Assembly (NCBI GenBank): GCA_964016885.1
Contig: OZ024742.1
Coordinates: forward strand, 196,788,001 to 196,852,000
Direction: 5' to 3'
Origin: Eledone cirrhosa
Taxonomy: Eukaryota
Length of the DNA: 64,000 nt
The notes below the pieces were generated by a model, which had not been told where the DNA came from, did no database searches, and saw nothing but the letters and a program-made list of their open reading frames with translations. Position numbers and translations under genes: made by a program. This document shows, piece after piece, positions 11,312 to 24,589 of this stretch. How positions within the stretch are numbered: the first letter of the stretch is position 1; the number at the start of each line of letters is the position of its first letter.

Positions 11312-14300
11312 TCATCATCATCATCATCATCTTCGTTTAACGTCCATTTTCCATGCTAGCATGGGTTAGACGGGAGTTGTCCCACTTGAAGCAAGGTTGG
11401 TCGGGTGATCGTGTGTCGCTCATATAGGACTATCTGGCGGGTTTTCTACGGCTGGATGCCCTTCCTAACACCAACCACATTTACAGTGTGGAACTGGGAA
11501 CTTTTTACCGTGTTACCTACACGGCCACAATACAGCGTGGGCTGTGTGTTTTTTTCTCGTGACACCTACACGATCTCGATGTCATTATCTCATTTATTAG
11601 GACTGGATGTTGTGGTACCAACTTTACAGAAAGAGGGTGGTGGGAGTGGGAGGATAGGGTAGGGGTAGTGGATTGGGGTGTATATTTGATTAAGAGATGC
11701 CTACTGACTGTAGGTTTCGCTTTGTACATAGGCAAGGCGGGTCTTCTGTATTACTGCGTAGGGCCAAAGATCTCGGTCCAGTAACATTGTCAAGAGGTGC
11801 AAGTGTGTAAGGTCGGAATTTATCAGATCGTCCCAGGTTTTTATGGGTCTACCTACTCCGTAACTACCATCAATTTTGATCGCCCTGCACTTTTTTATAC
11901 AGCTGTCGTCTTTCATGCGCATCATGTGGCCATACCAACGTAGTCTTCTCTCAGGTAAACAGTATCTGATCCCTCTTATTCCTAATTTCTCACTTAGTTC
12001 ATTTATGCTTTGCCGTTCACGTATATTACTGTTACACATCCAACGGAGCATGCATGCATGCACGGGATGGAAAAAGTTCAGAGAGCTTATACCGCTGTTG
12101 GCCACAAAAGGTTTCTCTCTAAAAATGAAAGGCAGATTGTATGATTCTTGTATACGAACACCAATGCTACATGGCAGTGAGATATGGGCATTACGTGCAG
12201 AGGACCTGCACGTAATGCCCATATCTCACTGCCATGTAGCATTGGTGTTCGTATACAAGCATCATACAATCTGCCTTTCATTTTTAGAGAGAAACCTTTT
12301 GTGGCCAACAGCGGTATAAGTTCTCTGAACTTTTTCCATCCCGTTCTGACTCTGGCTACTGTACTTTCAGAACACCCTCAACCACTGCTGATTTCGTCAC
12401 CCAGGTAACGGAAAGTGTCTACTATTTCTATAGAACCATCTGGGCAATAGAAGGAGCTAGTATCCTGTGGACACTTGTTACCTATTGCACCTGAGCATCG
12501 GCCACATATAAAGTCTACGTTCTTAGATAGTTTACCTGTGATCCCACTACATTTTTTATGTACCCATACTTTGCATTCGGGACATAAAATTGAATTTCTA
12601 CCTACTCCCTTCCTACACACTGAGCATGGTCATTTCCCAGAGGGTACCTGTGCCCTATTTTCCTTTCTACATACTAGGACTTTAGTCTTAGACAAGTTAA
12701 CTTTAAGGCCTTTTGATTATAGGCCATGCTTCCATGTTTGGAATTTCTTCTCTAGTTCAGCCATCGATTCAGCTATGAGTGTTAGATCATCTGCGTATAG
12801 GAGTTCCCATGGGCAGCCGGTCTTGAACTCCTGTTACAGCCTGAAGGGCAATAATAAATAGGAGGGGGCTAAGGACAGAGCCTTGGTGAATACCAACTTT
12901 TACACTAAATTCTTCACAATATTCATTATACATAGCTTGTATAGCTCTCACAAGCCATTCATCTACACCTAGTTTTCTCAGAGCCCACCAGATAATGGCG
13001 AGGGGGACTCTGTCAAAGGCTTTCTCCAGGTCTACAAAAGTAGAGGAGTTTATTTTTAGCTAGGTACTTCTCTTGTAGTTGTCATACAAGGAAAAGAGCG
13101 TCTGTGGTACTTTTGCCTGACACAAACCCAAACTGCATTTCATCTAGATAAATTCGCTCTCTGATTAGTTGCGCTATAACTCTTTCTGTGACCTTCATGA
13201 CCTGGTCAACTAACTTAATGCCTCTATAGTTTCCTCTATCTAGGGCATCTCCTTTACCCTCGTAGCAGTTAATGATGATGCTGCTACACCAGTCTTTTGG
13301 TATGACCCCGGTCTGTATTACTTGGTTAACTATACAGGTGACCATAGTATGTCCCACCATTCCAGATGCCTTCAACATCTCAGCAACTATCTCCGAAGGC
13401 CCAGCTGCCTTGCCTGTCTTCACATCTTTGATTGCCTTACTTATTATACTACCTTTAACTTGCACCGCTGCTCCTTCTATTGGATCGATTTGGGGCAGAC
13501 TATCTTTTTCCCACTTATTCTCCTCATTTAATAGTCTCTCGTATTGACACTTCCAGGCTATCTTCTTATCAGCATCAGTGAGGGCAAGTACACCGTTATC
13601 ATTATGGACACACTTCTCCCCGACAATATCACGGTTTTCCTTGACACATTGTCTAGCAATCCTGAACACCTCACGTTTTTGGTCCTCACGTTGTAGAACA
13701 TGCTTGAACTTTCTTTCCTTTTTGCAAGGTACACTTGTCTCCTAGCTTCTTTCCTGGCCACTTGATAGTGCTCTCTACTTTCCCCATCCTGCCATACTTT
13801 CCAAGCCTGCTTTTTGGCCTTGATTGTCTCCTACTTTACTGTTCCACCAAGTTACTCCACCACCAAGTTACTCCCCTCCTGCCAATAGGTCTGCTCCAGC
13901 CACAGATTTCATCCGTTGCTTTCAGCAGGTTCACTTTCAAGAATTGCCACTGTTCCCCTATATCGCACGTCACTAATTGCTCTTCCTTATTGTCAAAGGC
14001 ATCAAGTAATAAGCTTTTAAATTTGTCACTGGCTATGGGGTCCTTCAACTTCCATATTCTTCTCCTCATAGTCTATTCCTGACTATGAGGTCACTAACTA
14101 CTAGGCTATGTTGGGAGGTGCATTCTTCACGGGGGAGGGATTTAGTGTTTACAACAGACACTTTGTCCCGTCTTCTAGTAAGGATATAATCTATCATCTG
14201 ATCAAGTGGTTTTCACGTTTTTTGAAGTTTGTATTACAGATAGTTAGGTTATTGGCGTCACAGAATTCCAGGATTCTGAAGCCTTCCTCATTTCTATTTC

Positions 14301-14500
14301 CAACCCCATCATAGCCATCACTATGTTGTCCAATGTGGCCATTTAGATCGCCAGCAATAATTAGGTAGTCGCTGTCGGTTATTTGGGAGGTAGTGTGCAC
14401 TAGCGTCTCATAGAACCTGTCCTTTATAACGCTAGGTAGACCAGATTGGGGTGCAAAAGCGGATATTATTGTCACAATAGTTCTATTTAGAACTAGCATT
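11312..14500 (-). mobile_element. Longest RTE-clade LINE copy (APE endonuclease fragment, RT, PHD finger, 3' UTR); decayed, 5'-truncated at (TA)n
   Basis: IISAFAPQ, GDLNGHIG, IDYIL (APE); KAAGPS, NYRGIKL, QFGF, YADDL (RT); multiple stops and frameshifts. Confidence 0.95.
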
Positions 14501-14504
14501 ATTT

Positions 14505-14592
<88 letters not shown>

Positions 14593-14593
<1 letters not shown>

Positions 14594-14930
14594 CATCATC
14601 ATCATCATCATTTTACGTCCGCTTTTCGCTGCTTGCAAGGGGGACGGGAACTGATTCTGGCTTGATTTCTACAGCTGGATGCCCTTCCTAACACCAACCT
14701 CATTTACAGTGAGTGCTGGGTGCTTTTTTGCTATGGCACCCCCACGACCACTTTGTAGTGGAATGATAGGGACCCCAGTCCTAGCATCTCATTTCTACAG
14801 CTGAGTGAACTGGAGCAATGTGAAATAAAGTGTCTTGCTCAAGGAAACAACACATCACCTGGTCTGAGAATTGAACTCACAACCTTTTGATTGCAAGGCC
14901 AATGCTCTAACCACTAAGCCATGTGCCTCC

Positions 14931-14931
<1 letters not shown>
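14593..14931 (-). mobile_element. SINE family B full copy
   Basis: Reverse-complement match to 10894-11293. Confidence 0.9.
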
Positions 14932-15284
<353 letters not shown>

Positions 15285-15372
15285 ATAATAATAAAATTGA
15301 AGACTAAAATCCAAAGAGGGCTCGATAAGGATAAATATATATCAAATATATAAGAACCGTAGAGCAAATATT

Positions 15373-17030
15373 TGTTAAATAACAGATTAAAGTTTAAGCA
15401 AAGAATCGCTGCTTTCACCCTTAACGGGATCTTCTGAAACTAACAAAGTCAATCTGTAAACGCAGAACTGGATATTTCAAAAAACGTTGCAACCGGAGGA
15501 AGACAGGAAGACGATACTTTGGTTCGTGGTAACGTTCGCTGGCAAAGAACGGGAAAAAACGAATAATACGTCATTAATAGGAGCGGTGAAAAACAATTAC
15601 GCGCAAAGACAGAACCACGTTTATGGTATAAAAGAGGTCGTAGACTAATGTTCTCTTAGGTGGTGCATAGAGACGTTCTCTGGCAATGAACGAAAAAACG
15701 AAGATAATAAGTCATATGTGGAGCGTGGAGAACAATAGCACGCAAAGACAAAACCACGTAAATGGTATAGCAGAAGTCGTAGACTAAAATTCTAACTAGG
15801 AGACCAAATGAATCTCCGCTACAGAGTTAAGAACAAAGTAAATAAATACAATACAGAAGTAATAGAAATAAATACGTACACGCAAACAAATACGTACACG
15901 CAAACAAATTTCCTGGAAATACTCTACGCCACAGACCACATCTTAAACAAAAAATCTGAGGCAATTTCGGCTTGTAAACATAAATTGCACAAAACTTTCC
16001 TGTATTACAGCCCCACGTTATACCCTAACGGATAGTACGATCTATACGTGGATATTTTACGTCTTGATGTGGGAGCTAAGTATATGTTTTGTTTATTCCT
16101 TTACTTATTTGCATAGGTAAGTATATATTACCCGTATGTTTTGTGAAGGTATGTATACCTTCTCGTACGTATATTTGATTGTTATGGCGTATAATTTTTA
16201 TATATTCTGGTATTTAGTGTTTGGCTATGTGTATACGGGAGTTTTGCGTCTGCGTGAGTATGCAGGTTCGTACGTATGGTGGGTGTGTGTATATGTGTAC
16301 TTCTTGTTTTAGTTGACTTACGTCTCCGAACATTCGTGTATTTATATGTAGGTATGTGTGTGCGCTTGTTATATACGTATTTATTTACTTATATACGTTT
16401 ATATAATTATTTATTTATTTGTACACAAGCATACACACACACAAACATATTTATATGTGCGTGGTTTTGTATACCTATGGTAAGGTTTTGCGTATGCTTG
16501 TGTATGTACGTATTTGTTTGCGTGTACGTATTTATTTATTTCTATTACTTCTGTATTGTATTTATTTACTTTGTTCTTAACTCTGTAGCGGAGATTCATT
16601 TGGTCTCCTAGTTAGAATTTTAGTCTACGACTTCTGCTATACCATTTACGTGGTTTTGTCTTTGCGTGCTATTGTTCTCCACGCTCCACATATGACTTAT
16701 TATCTTCGTTTTTTCGTTCATTGCCAGAGAACGTCTCTATGCACCACCTAAGAGAACATTAGTCTACGACCTCTTTTATACCATAAACGTGGTTCTGTCT
16801 TTGCGCGTAATTGTTTTTCACCGCTCCTATTAATGACGTATTATTCGTTTTTTCCCGTTCTTTGCCAGCGAACGTTACCACGAACCAAAGTATCGTCTTC
16901 CTGTCTTCCTCCGGTTGCAACGTTTTTTGAAATATCCAGTTCTGCGTTTACAGATTGACTTTGTTAGTTTCAGAAGATCCCGTTAAGGGTGAAAGCAGCG
17001 ATTCTTTGCTTAAACTTTAATCTGTTATTT

Positions 17031-17034
<4 letters not shown>
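15373..17034 (+). mobile_element. Young Penelope-like insertion: 5'-truncated copy with its 3' end duplicated in inverted orientation at the 5' side
   Basis: About 526-bp near-identical inverted arms 15373-15898 and 16505-17034; spacer begins with FLEILYATDHILNKKSEAISACKHK, resembling the LNKRSELISKCRH end of PLE GIY-YIG ORFs. Confidence 0.8.
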
Positions 17035-17093
<59 letters not shown>

Positions 17094-17301
17094 CAAATAG
17101 TGAAAACAATGAAATTAAACAAAATACGGGTAATTCAGAGTAAAACTCATTATTTTACGATCGTTTCTGGTGAGTAGTTCTCCGTATGTTCATTCTATTA
17201 GTGATCTACGTAAAATATATTACAAATTATCAAAGTAAGAAAATATACATACATTTTCCCTACCTGCCGTCTGTGTATATATCTATCTAGGGTGGGTAAA
17301 A

Positions 17302-17443
17302 TTACCGAGATCCATGGACGAGTTCTCTGTAGCGGTCTCTGTCCCTCATTATCGCTGCCATGTCCTGCGTCTCCAACAGACCAGTGTCTGTCCTTAGGGC
17401 ATCAACATACGTTAAACTTGGTCTTCCTCTTCCAGTGTGTCCA
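17302..17443 (-). mobile_element. 3' end of a different RTE-like LINE
   Basis: GHTGRGRPSLTYVDALRTDTGL...MRDRDRYRELV. Confidence 0.7.
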
Positions 17444-18694
17444 TATATATATATATATATGGCGTTGTTATTTGACGTTAAAAAGAGCAGTGGCCTTTGA
17501 CCCGGCAATAAAAACTGGAGAAAAAATTCTTTCTGTACCAAAAATAAGGCACACACAGACACACACACAAGTTTGTTTGTGTGTGTTATTGTGTGTATGT
17601 GTGTGCGCGCGCGTGTTTATGTGTGTGTGTGTATCTATCTATGTATATATATAAGGGATACAGATATTGTTTGTTCACTGTCACCGAGCATCTCAATTCA
17701 TTTATTGCAACTTAGTTTGTGATCAAGGCATTTTATTTTGCAAGATACTATTTTTCCCCTGAGTTTGTGATTCAAGAGAAAGGTAAGAATTCTTCATATT
17801 TTGCATCTTTTGCATTTTGACTTTACAGTTTGAATTATAGAATAGTCTATCCACTCAGAATATTACAACAGATAACAGTGAAATATAGAATTTAAAAAAT
17901 AAAAGCTTTTTCGACTGAGATCAAATCTTTGAGAACATTTACGTCTATTTTTCAAAAATATATAATTTGAAATAGCTTGCTTTTTTGTATTTAATTTGTA
18001 CAAGTATATTTTAAAGATCTTTTTAAAGATTCTAACATAACTTGATTTAGCTCAGTAACCTACTGATATCAAAATCAGTAGTATATTGAAAAATGGAAAA
18101 ATAGGGGGGGGGGGGGGGGCGTTTCGTGATTTTGAGGGGCAAATGGGTTCAGAACCTTTGCTTTACGGTATTCATTTCACCTCTCTGTTATCTGAATTCA
18201 AATTTCCCCAAGATCAACTTTGCCCTTCATCCATTCAAGGTCAATAAAAAAAGTAGCAGTCAAGTACTGGAGTCAATTCTTCCTCTATATCTCTTTCTCA
18301 CTTCCATTCTGTCTCACTCTATCCTTCTCTGGAGGAAATCTGCTGTATTCAGACCTGGAGACATGGGCTCTGCCAGGTTTAAAAAAAGGCCTTAGAAACG
18401 CCATATATTAATACACTGCTCCTACGACTCCCTTGGGAGTTATGGGACCATACATGCATTTATACACTGAAACTTTGAAATTGCTCTCTGTGACCCTCTC
18501 CATTATTTTCCACTAGTTATTATGGTCATGACTGGAATGAATTGCTTAAGTGCATCATAACAGTGTACATAAACAACACATTCCAAATCATGTTCACACC
18601 TTACAAGCAATTTTTCACAACTTATGGAAAATAAAAAGATAATAATTTCCCTTTTGTGATAATTCTCTTGACTAAGAAAACAATTGGTCATCGT

Positions 18695-18990
18695 CATTAT
18701 CATCATCATCCATATCATCATAAACGTTTTTACATCTGTTTTTCCATGCTTGCATGGGTTGGATGGGTCCTTTTCAGCATAACATCTCACCACATGTCGT
18801 GTTTTTGTTATCTCCTCAGTGAGTCTCAATGGTTTGAGATTTGTTCTCAACACCTTTTCCCAGGTCTTCCTTTGCCTACCTCTATTGCTGCTTCCTTCTA
18901 GGCACTTTTTCACCCAACAATCATCATCCATGCACATCACATGTCCATACCAATGCAGTCTTCTCTCTTGCACACCACTTTAGATTCCAT
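18695..18990 (-). mobile_element. Older RTE 3' fragment
   Basis: ERRLHWYGHVMCM, RGRQRKTW; GAT-rich tail. Confidence 0.88.
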
Positions 18991-19383
18991 CAATTGTTAA
19001 AAGTCCTGAAGAGAGTGATCAGACATAACTCAGTATAGATGGAGACCAAACAAGGGGGCCTGTGATTTTGAGCACCCATTTATCACTGGTGTAGAAACTT
19101 AGCTGCAAATAACCTGTGATAATAGCTGCTACTTCTACTCATGCCAATCAATCTATGTAGAGGCTTTTGCAGGAGTTAAGGCTTTAAGATATTAATTTTT
19201 CAGAAAATCTATCAGAAGATTTATCTCCATTGACTGTGGAATGTGATATACAGCTAGTGCTGGACTTACCTTGAAGCTAAATAAAGTATAGCTTAGGGCC
19301 ACACATGTTTTGGGCCTCATGTTGAAAATATATATTTTTATTTTATCGTTAGATTTTATTCTTTAACACTGAATCATTAAAAT

Positions 19384-19421
<38 letters not shown>

Positions 19422-19547
19422 CCAGCTTCAATCAGGAGTAACCACAGTAAGTAAGGTACTCAATACATAGCAGATTATAAATATTTAATATAGACATGGC
19501 TTCTACAGGACTAGAACTGTTTCATTTGAAGGAAATCATCAGGAAAG

Positions 19548-19622
<75 letters not shown>

Positions 19623-19623
<1 letters not shown>

Positions 19624-20247
19624 GCAAACGGCAAAGCATAATTGAATTGAGAGGGAGACTGAGCATAAGAGGAATGAAATGCTGTGTGCAGGAGAGGAGG
19701 TTGCATTGGTATGGACATGTGATGCGTATGAAGGATGACAGCTGCATAAAAAGGTGCAGAGCACTAGAAGTCGATGGAAGCCACGGAGTGGGGAGACCCA
19801 AGAAGACCTGGGATGAGGTGATAAAAGCCAACCTTACCCAATTGTACTTCTCAAAGTTGATGATACAAGACCGTGACTTCTGGCGTCACACAGTAATACA
19901 GAAGACCCGACTTCCCATGGGTACAAGCCAAAGCTAAAGCATATAGACAATATGCCCCCACACCCTCCCACTGCAAAGTGGTTGTGGAGGTGCCACGACA
20001 AAAGCACCCAGCCCACACTGTTAAGTGGTCGTGTAGGCGCCAGGGAAAAAAGCACCCAGCACTCACTGTAAATGAGGTTGGTGTTCGGAAGAACATCCAG
20101 CTGTAGAAATTGATCCAAAATCAGTTTCCATATGAACAAGACAAGATCAGCCGACTGGGCACTGCCCACAACTGGACAACCTGTCTAACCCATGCTAGCG
20201 TGGAAGAATGGGCATAAAACGGTGATGATGATGATGATGATGATGAT
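19623..20247 (+). mobile_element. RTE 3' fragment
   Basis: RRLHWYGHVMRM, GRPKKTW, 3' UTR, (GAT)n tail. Confidence 0.92.
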
Positions 20248-20284
20248 ATATATTTATATAATAAAGAATGTAGGTTTTACTTAT

Positions 20285-21160
20285 GGCTGGTGCAATCACC
20301 TTCAAATGTTCAGAGGGCTCAGTAGAAGTGGTAGATAGTTTCTGTTACCTTGGTGACCTAATCAGTAGTGTGGGAGGGTGTTCTGAAGGCACAGTAACCA
20401 GAGTGAGATCAGGCTGGAGAAAGTTCAGGGAGCTACTACTGTTACTAACTACAAAAGGTTTTCCCCTCAAAATGAAAGGCAAACTGTATGATGCATGTAT
20501 ACGAACAGCAATGTTGCACAGCAGCGAGACCTGGGCACCATGTGTTATGTGCTGAGGACCTGCGAAGATTGGAAAGAAATGAAGCCTCCATGCTTCACTG
20601 GCTGTGCAATACATGAATGACAAGGTATAAATATGTTGCGTGAGAAATTAGGCATAAGAGGGATCAGTTGTTGCATGCAGGGGAGGAGATTATGTTGGTA
20701 TGGACATGTGATGTGTATGAAGGATGACAGCTGTATAAAAAGGTGCACACCGCTCAAAGTTGATGGTAGCCGTGGAGTGGGCAGGCCTTCTTATTCTTGG
20801 TGCTTTGGAAATCAGATAATAAATTATTGGTGCAATGTAAGTGTGAGAGAGGCAGAGCTTAGATGAGTTGAAGGAGAAGCTGGGTAAGAGGAAACCAAGG
20901 AGGTGTGCAGGAGAGAAGACTGCATTGGTTTGGTCATGCGATGCACATGGACAATGATCATTAGGTGAAGAAGTGCTAGGAAATGTCAGTGGAAGGAAGC
21001 TGCAGCAGAGGTAGACCAAGAAAGACCTGGGAAGAGGTTGTTAGAATTGACCTCAAAATCACTGAGACTAAGGATCGTGATGTGTAGAGAGATGCCATGC
21101 TGAGAATGACCCATCCAACCCATGCAAGTGTGGAAAAGTGGACATAAAACGATGATGATG
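20285..21160 (+). mobile_element. Two abutting RTE 3' fragments
   Basis: FCYLGD, MLHSSETW, WYGHVMCM, then a second diverged pass through the same region ending in (GAT)n. Confidence 0.85.
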
Positions 21161-21429
21161 GTTATGGTGTACTTTGCATGAAAAGTTAAAAAAAAAACTG
21201 TTTTAAAGTTTAATATTTATTATTTTCAGTTATTATAGGGTGGTGGATTGGCAGTATCGGTGGAGGGTTGAATGACATGCTTTGCAGCATAGAGTTATGC
21301 CCCTTTATGGTCTGAGTTCAAATCCCGCCAAGATTAAACTTTGCCTGTCATCATTACAGGGTCAATAAAATAAAGTACCAGTAACGCACTGGGATAATTG
21401 CTGGCCTTGTGCCAAAAGTAGAAACAATG

Positions 21430-22460
21430 GGTACACAAGAGATGTAGCGGGATCTCAGGAAGCTTAATTAAGAATGTAGGCTACACATGTAGCAGCTGTG
21501 CTGGGACAGCAAGCAGCAAACAGCCACAGGAAACAAGTACCACCAATCTCTGGGAGGGCTCTGTAGAAACAGTAGACAGCTTCTGCTACCTAGGTGACCA
21601 AATTAGCAGCGGAGGTGGGTGTTCAGAAAGTACAATAACTAGGGTAAAAACGGGATTGAAGAAGTTTAGGGAACTACTACCACTGCTAGCTGCAAAAGAC
21701 TTCTCCCTCAGAATGAAAGGCAGACTGTATGATGCGTGTATCCGAACAGCAATGTTGCATGGTAGTGAGACCTGGGCGCTGAATGTGGAAGACTTACGTA
21801 GATTAGAGAGAAACGAAGCCTGCATGCTCCGATGGATGTGTAACAGTAATATACGTGAGCGACAAAGCATAAATGAATTGAGAGAGAGACTGAGCATAAG
21901 AGGAATCAAATGCTGTGTGCAGGAGAGGCGGTTGCGCCGGTATGGACATGTGATGCGTATGAAGGATGACAGCTGCATAAAAAGGTGCAGAGCACTAGAA
22001 GTCGATGGAAACCGCGAAGTGGGGAGATGACCTGGGATGAGGTGATAAAAGCCGACCTTACCCAATTACACCTCTCAAAGGCAATGACACAGGACCATGA
22101 CCTCTGGCGTCACGCAGTAATACAGAGTACCCGACCTCCCATGGGTACAAGCTGAAGCATATAGACAATATGCCCCCACACCCCCCACTGCAAGGTAGTC
22201 GTGGAGGTGCCACGGCAAAAAAGCACCCAGCCCACACTGTAAAGTGGACGTGTAGGCGCCACGAAAAAGCACCCAGCACTCACTGTAAATGAGGTTGGTG
22301 TTAGGAAGGGCATCCAACTGTAGAAATCAAGCCAAATCAGTTCCTGTATGAGCAAGGCATGGTCAGCCGACCAGACACTGCCCACAACAGGACAACCCGT
22401 CTAACCCATGCTAGCGTGGAAGAACGGACGTAAAACGGCGACGATGATGATGATGATGAT
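21430..22460 (+). mobile_element. RTE 3' fragment
   Basis: HKRCSG, FCYLGD, MLHGSETW, 3' UTR and (GAT)n tail. Confidence 0.92.
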
Positions 22461-22484
22461 CAGTTATTATTTTTTAATTTCTGG

Positions 22485-22670
22485 GGCGGTGAATTGGCAA
22501 TATCGGTAGAGGGTCGGACGCCATGCTTTCTAGCATAGTTACGTCCCTTTACGGTTTGAGTTCAAATCCCGCCGAGGTTAACTTTGCCTTTCATCCTTAC
22601 GGGGTCGATAAAATAAAGTACCAGTAATGTACTGGGTAATTGCTGGCCTTGTGCCTACAGTAGAAACAAT
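22485..22670 (+). mobile_element. SINE family A. Other copies: 21240-21428, 23205-23380, 33913-34103, 35982-36168, 41790-41970 (-), 57324-57510, 57591-57720, 60918-61110 (-), 61330-61512, 63645-63850
   Basis: A-box-like tggcaatatcggtagag, B box gagttcaaatccc, shared core ctttgcctttcatccttacggggtcgataaaataaagtaccag. Confidence 0.9.
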
Positions 22671-22941
22671 TATTTTTTAATTTCTGACCGCCGGGGCTGT
22701 GGCGGGGCCCCATCGCGTATCATTCCATATTTAGTTGTGGTCGGCGTGTGTGTGTGTGTTTGTATATATTGCTTTTGTTTTCATTCAACATCATGTCATT
22801 CTTCATTGCTTTTCTCTACTAATGAATTATATTTGGAAAAATTGAAAGCTTAAGATAAGGAAACCGGGCCTGTGTTCATCAGTTAGTTGACAGTAAGTTT
22901 TGGAGGATGTGAGCAGTACCTGGAAGCACTAAATGTTAGAG

Positions 22942-23125
22942 TTATTATTATTATTGTTTCTTTGCTCAGCTTCTAATGCTGGAGATGTATTACAGTGTTA
23001 CCTGTTCACTACCAGTGAACTGAGGTAACACACCTTAATTTTTTTAGTACCTTCTGGAGTATTCAAGCTGTTCCAAGCAATGGTGTATTTTGTAAGTGTT
23101 CCATCCGTATTGCAATCCTTATTTG
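22942..23125 (-). mobile_element. R4/Dong-like non-LTR 3' end fossil
   Basis: EHLQNTPLLGTA*ILQKVL resembles the QKxALLGTAxILRKVL C-terminus of R4/Dong ORFs; ends in (TAA)n. Confidence 0.65.
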
Positions 23126-23989
23126 TTTACTTATTATTATGTCGGCCCTTGTGGCCAATAAATGAAATTATTAATATTATTATTATCATTATAATTTATT
23201 GCATAGGTGGAATGGTAGTATCGGATGCCATGCTTTAACACATAGAGTTACGGCCCTTGCCATTCTGAGTTCAAATCCCGCCGAGGTTAACTTTGCCTTT
23301 TATCCTTACGGGGTCGATAAAATAAAGTACCAGTAATGTACTGGGTAATTGCTGGCCTTGTGCCAAAAGTAGAAACAATTATAATTTATTGCATACCTTT
23401 TATTAATCATATTTGTTTAACAAAATTATGAATATCACATTTTTTAAGATGCTTAAACATTAGTATGGATTTTCTAAAGCCTTCAATAATATATAAGAAA
23501 ACAAAATCCTTAGTGCAGTGAGATACCTTTGTCATGCTCTATTTGAGACTCACTTTTATAAACAAGAGAACATGTAGTGTATTAGCTGACATAATTAATA
23601 ATAAATACAAAAATATGACACAGTAGGTTTATGGTGATATATTATTTATTAATTAATAAAGGTACATTTTGTAAATATCAAGTTGTTCATGTTGTTTAAT
23701 TCCAGATCAGCTCCAGATCAAATAGATCCATGAAAATATGTTCCAGTTGTGATCATCTGGTTTTGTAGATTCAATTATCTTCTCAATGTGGCTTCCTTTT
23801 TTGAAAAAAAAAGTAAAGTAAGATTTGATGGAAATGTGGCTGCCATTATCAATGACAATTAATAGCAACTCATAGACAAAGACAAAGTGAATATGGGATA
23901 TGAATAGGGGTTTATAGGAGCTTAAAAGATAGGGATTGAGGGGGGGTGCAGTCAGTATAAAATATAGTATGACTATTCCAAGAAGTTTT

Positions 23990-24352
23990 TGTTTGTTGTT
24001 GTTCAGCTGTAGTTAAGTCCTGTATTCCGGAGCCACTCAATGTTTCATAGGGTCTTACCCCCCCCCCCTCCAAGTGACATAACTGAGGTTGATCAAGCAT
24101 CAGCCTGTGTCCAAGTGGCAAACATACTACTGAACCAACTGGTAACTTCTTTTCAGCCATGATGATCTAGAAGTCCTCTTTGTTGCTTCCATGTTGTTTT
24201 GATGGCTTTCCTCCTGCTTTATCCTAATGCCTAGAGTTCCACAAGCATGTTAAAGGAATGAGCTGAAAAACCTTGGCTACCAACCTTCATTGGTATGTAC
24301 CTGGTCCTTCATCTTTCTTGCAGCAGTCCTCCACCAACTCCTGGTACTTTGT
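23990..24352 (-). mobile_element. Hero-like (RLE-type) non-LTR 3' end fossil
   Basis: Frameshifted KYQELVEDC..., PMKVGSQGFSAHS, RRKAIKTT, EATKRTSRSSWLKR, followed by a 3' UTR. Confidence 0.7.
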
Positions 24353-24589
24353 TCTTTAAGGATATTAATAACTATATTAAAATAAATCAACAGCCAAATA
24401 AAATTTTAGTTACAAACATTTCAAGTAAGCCAGTAAATTCTCATCACAAATTATGCATCATCATCACCATTTAACATCTATTTTCTGCACTAGCATGGAC
24501 TAGATGGTTTGTCAAATGACCATGTCTTGCTCATACAGAACCGATTTTGGCTTGGTTTCTGTAGCTGGATGCCCTTCCTTAATGCCAAA

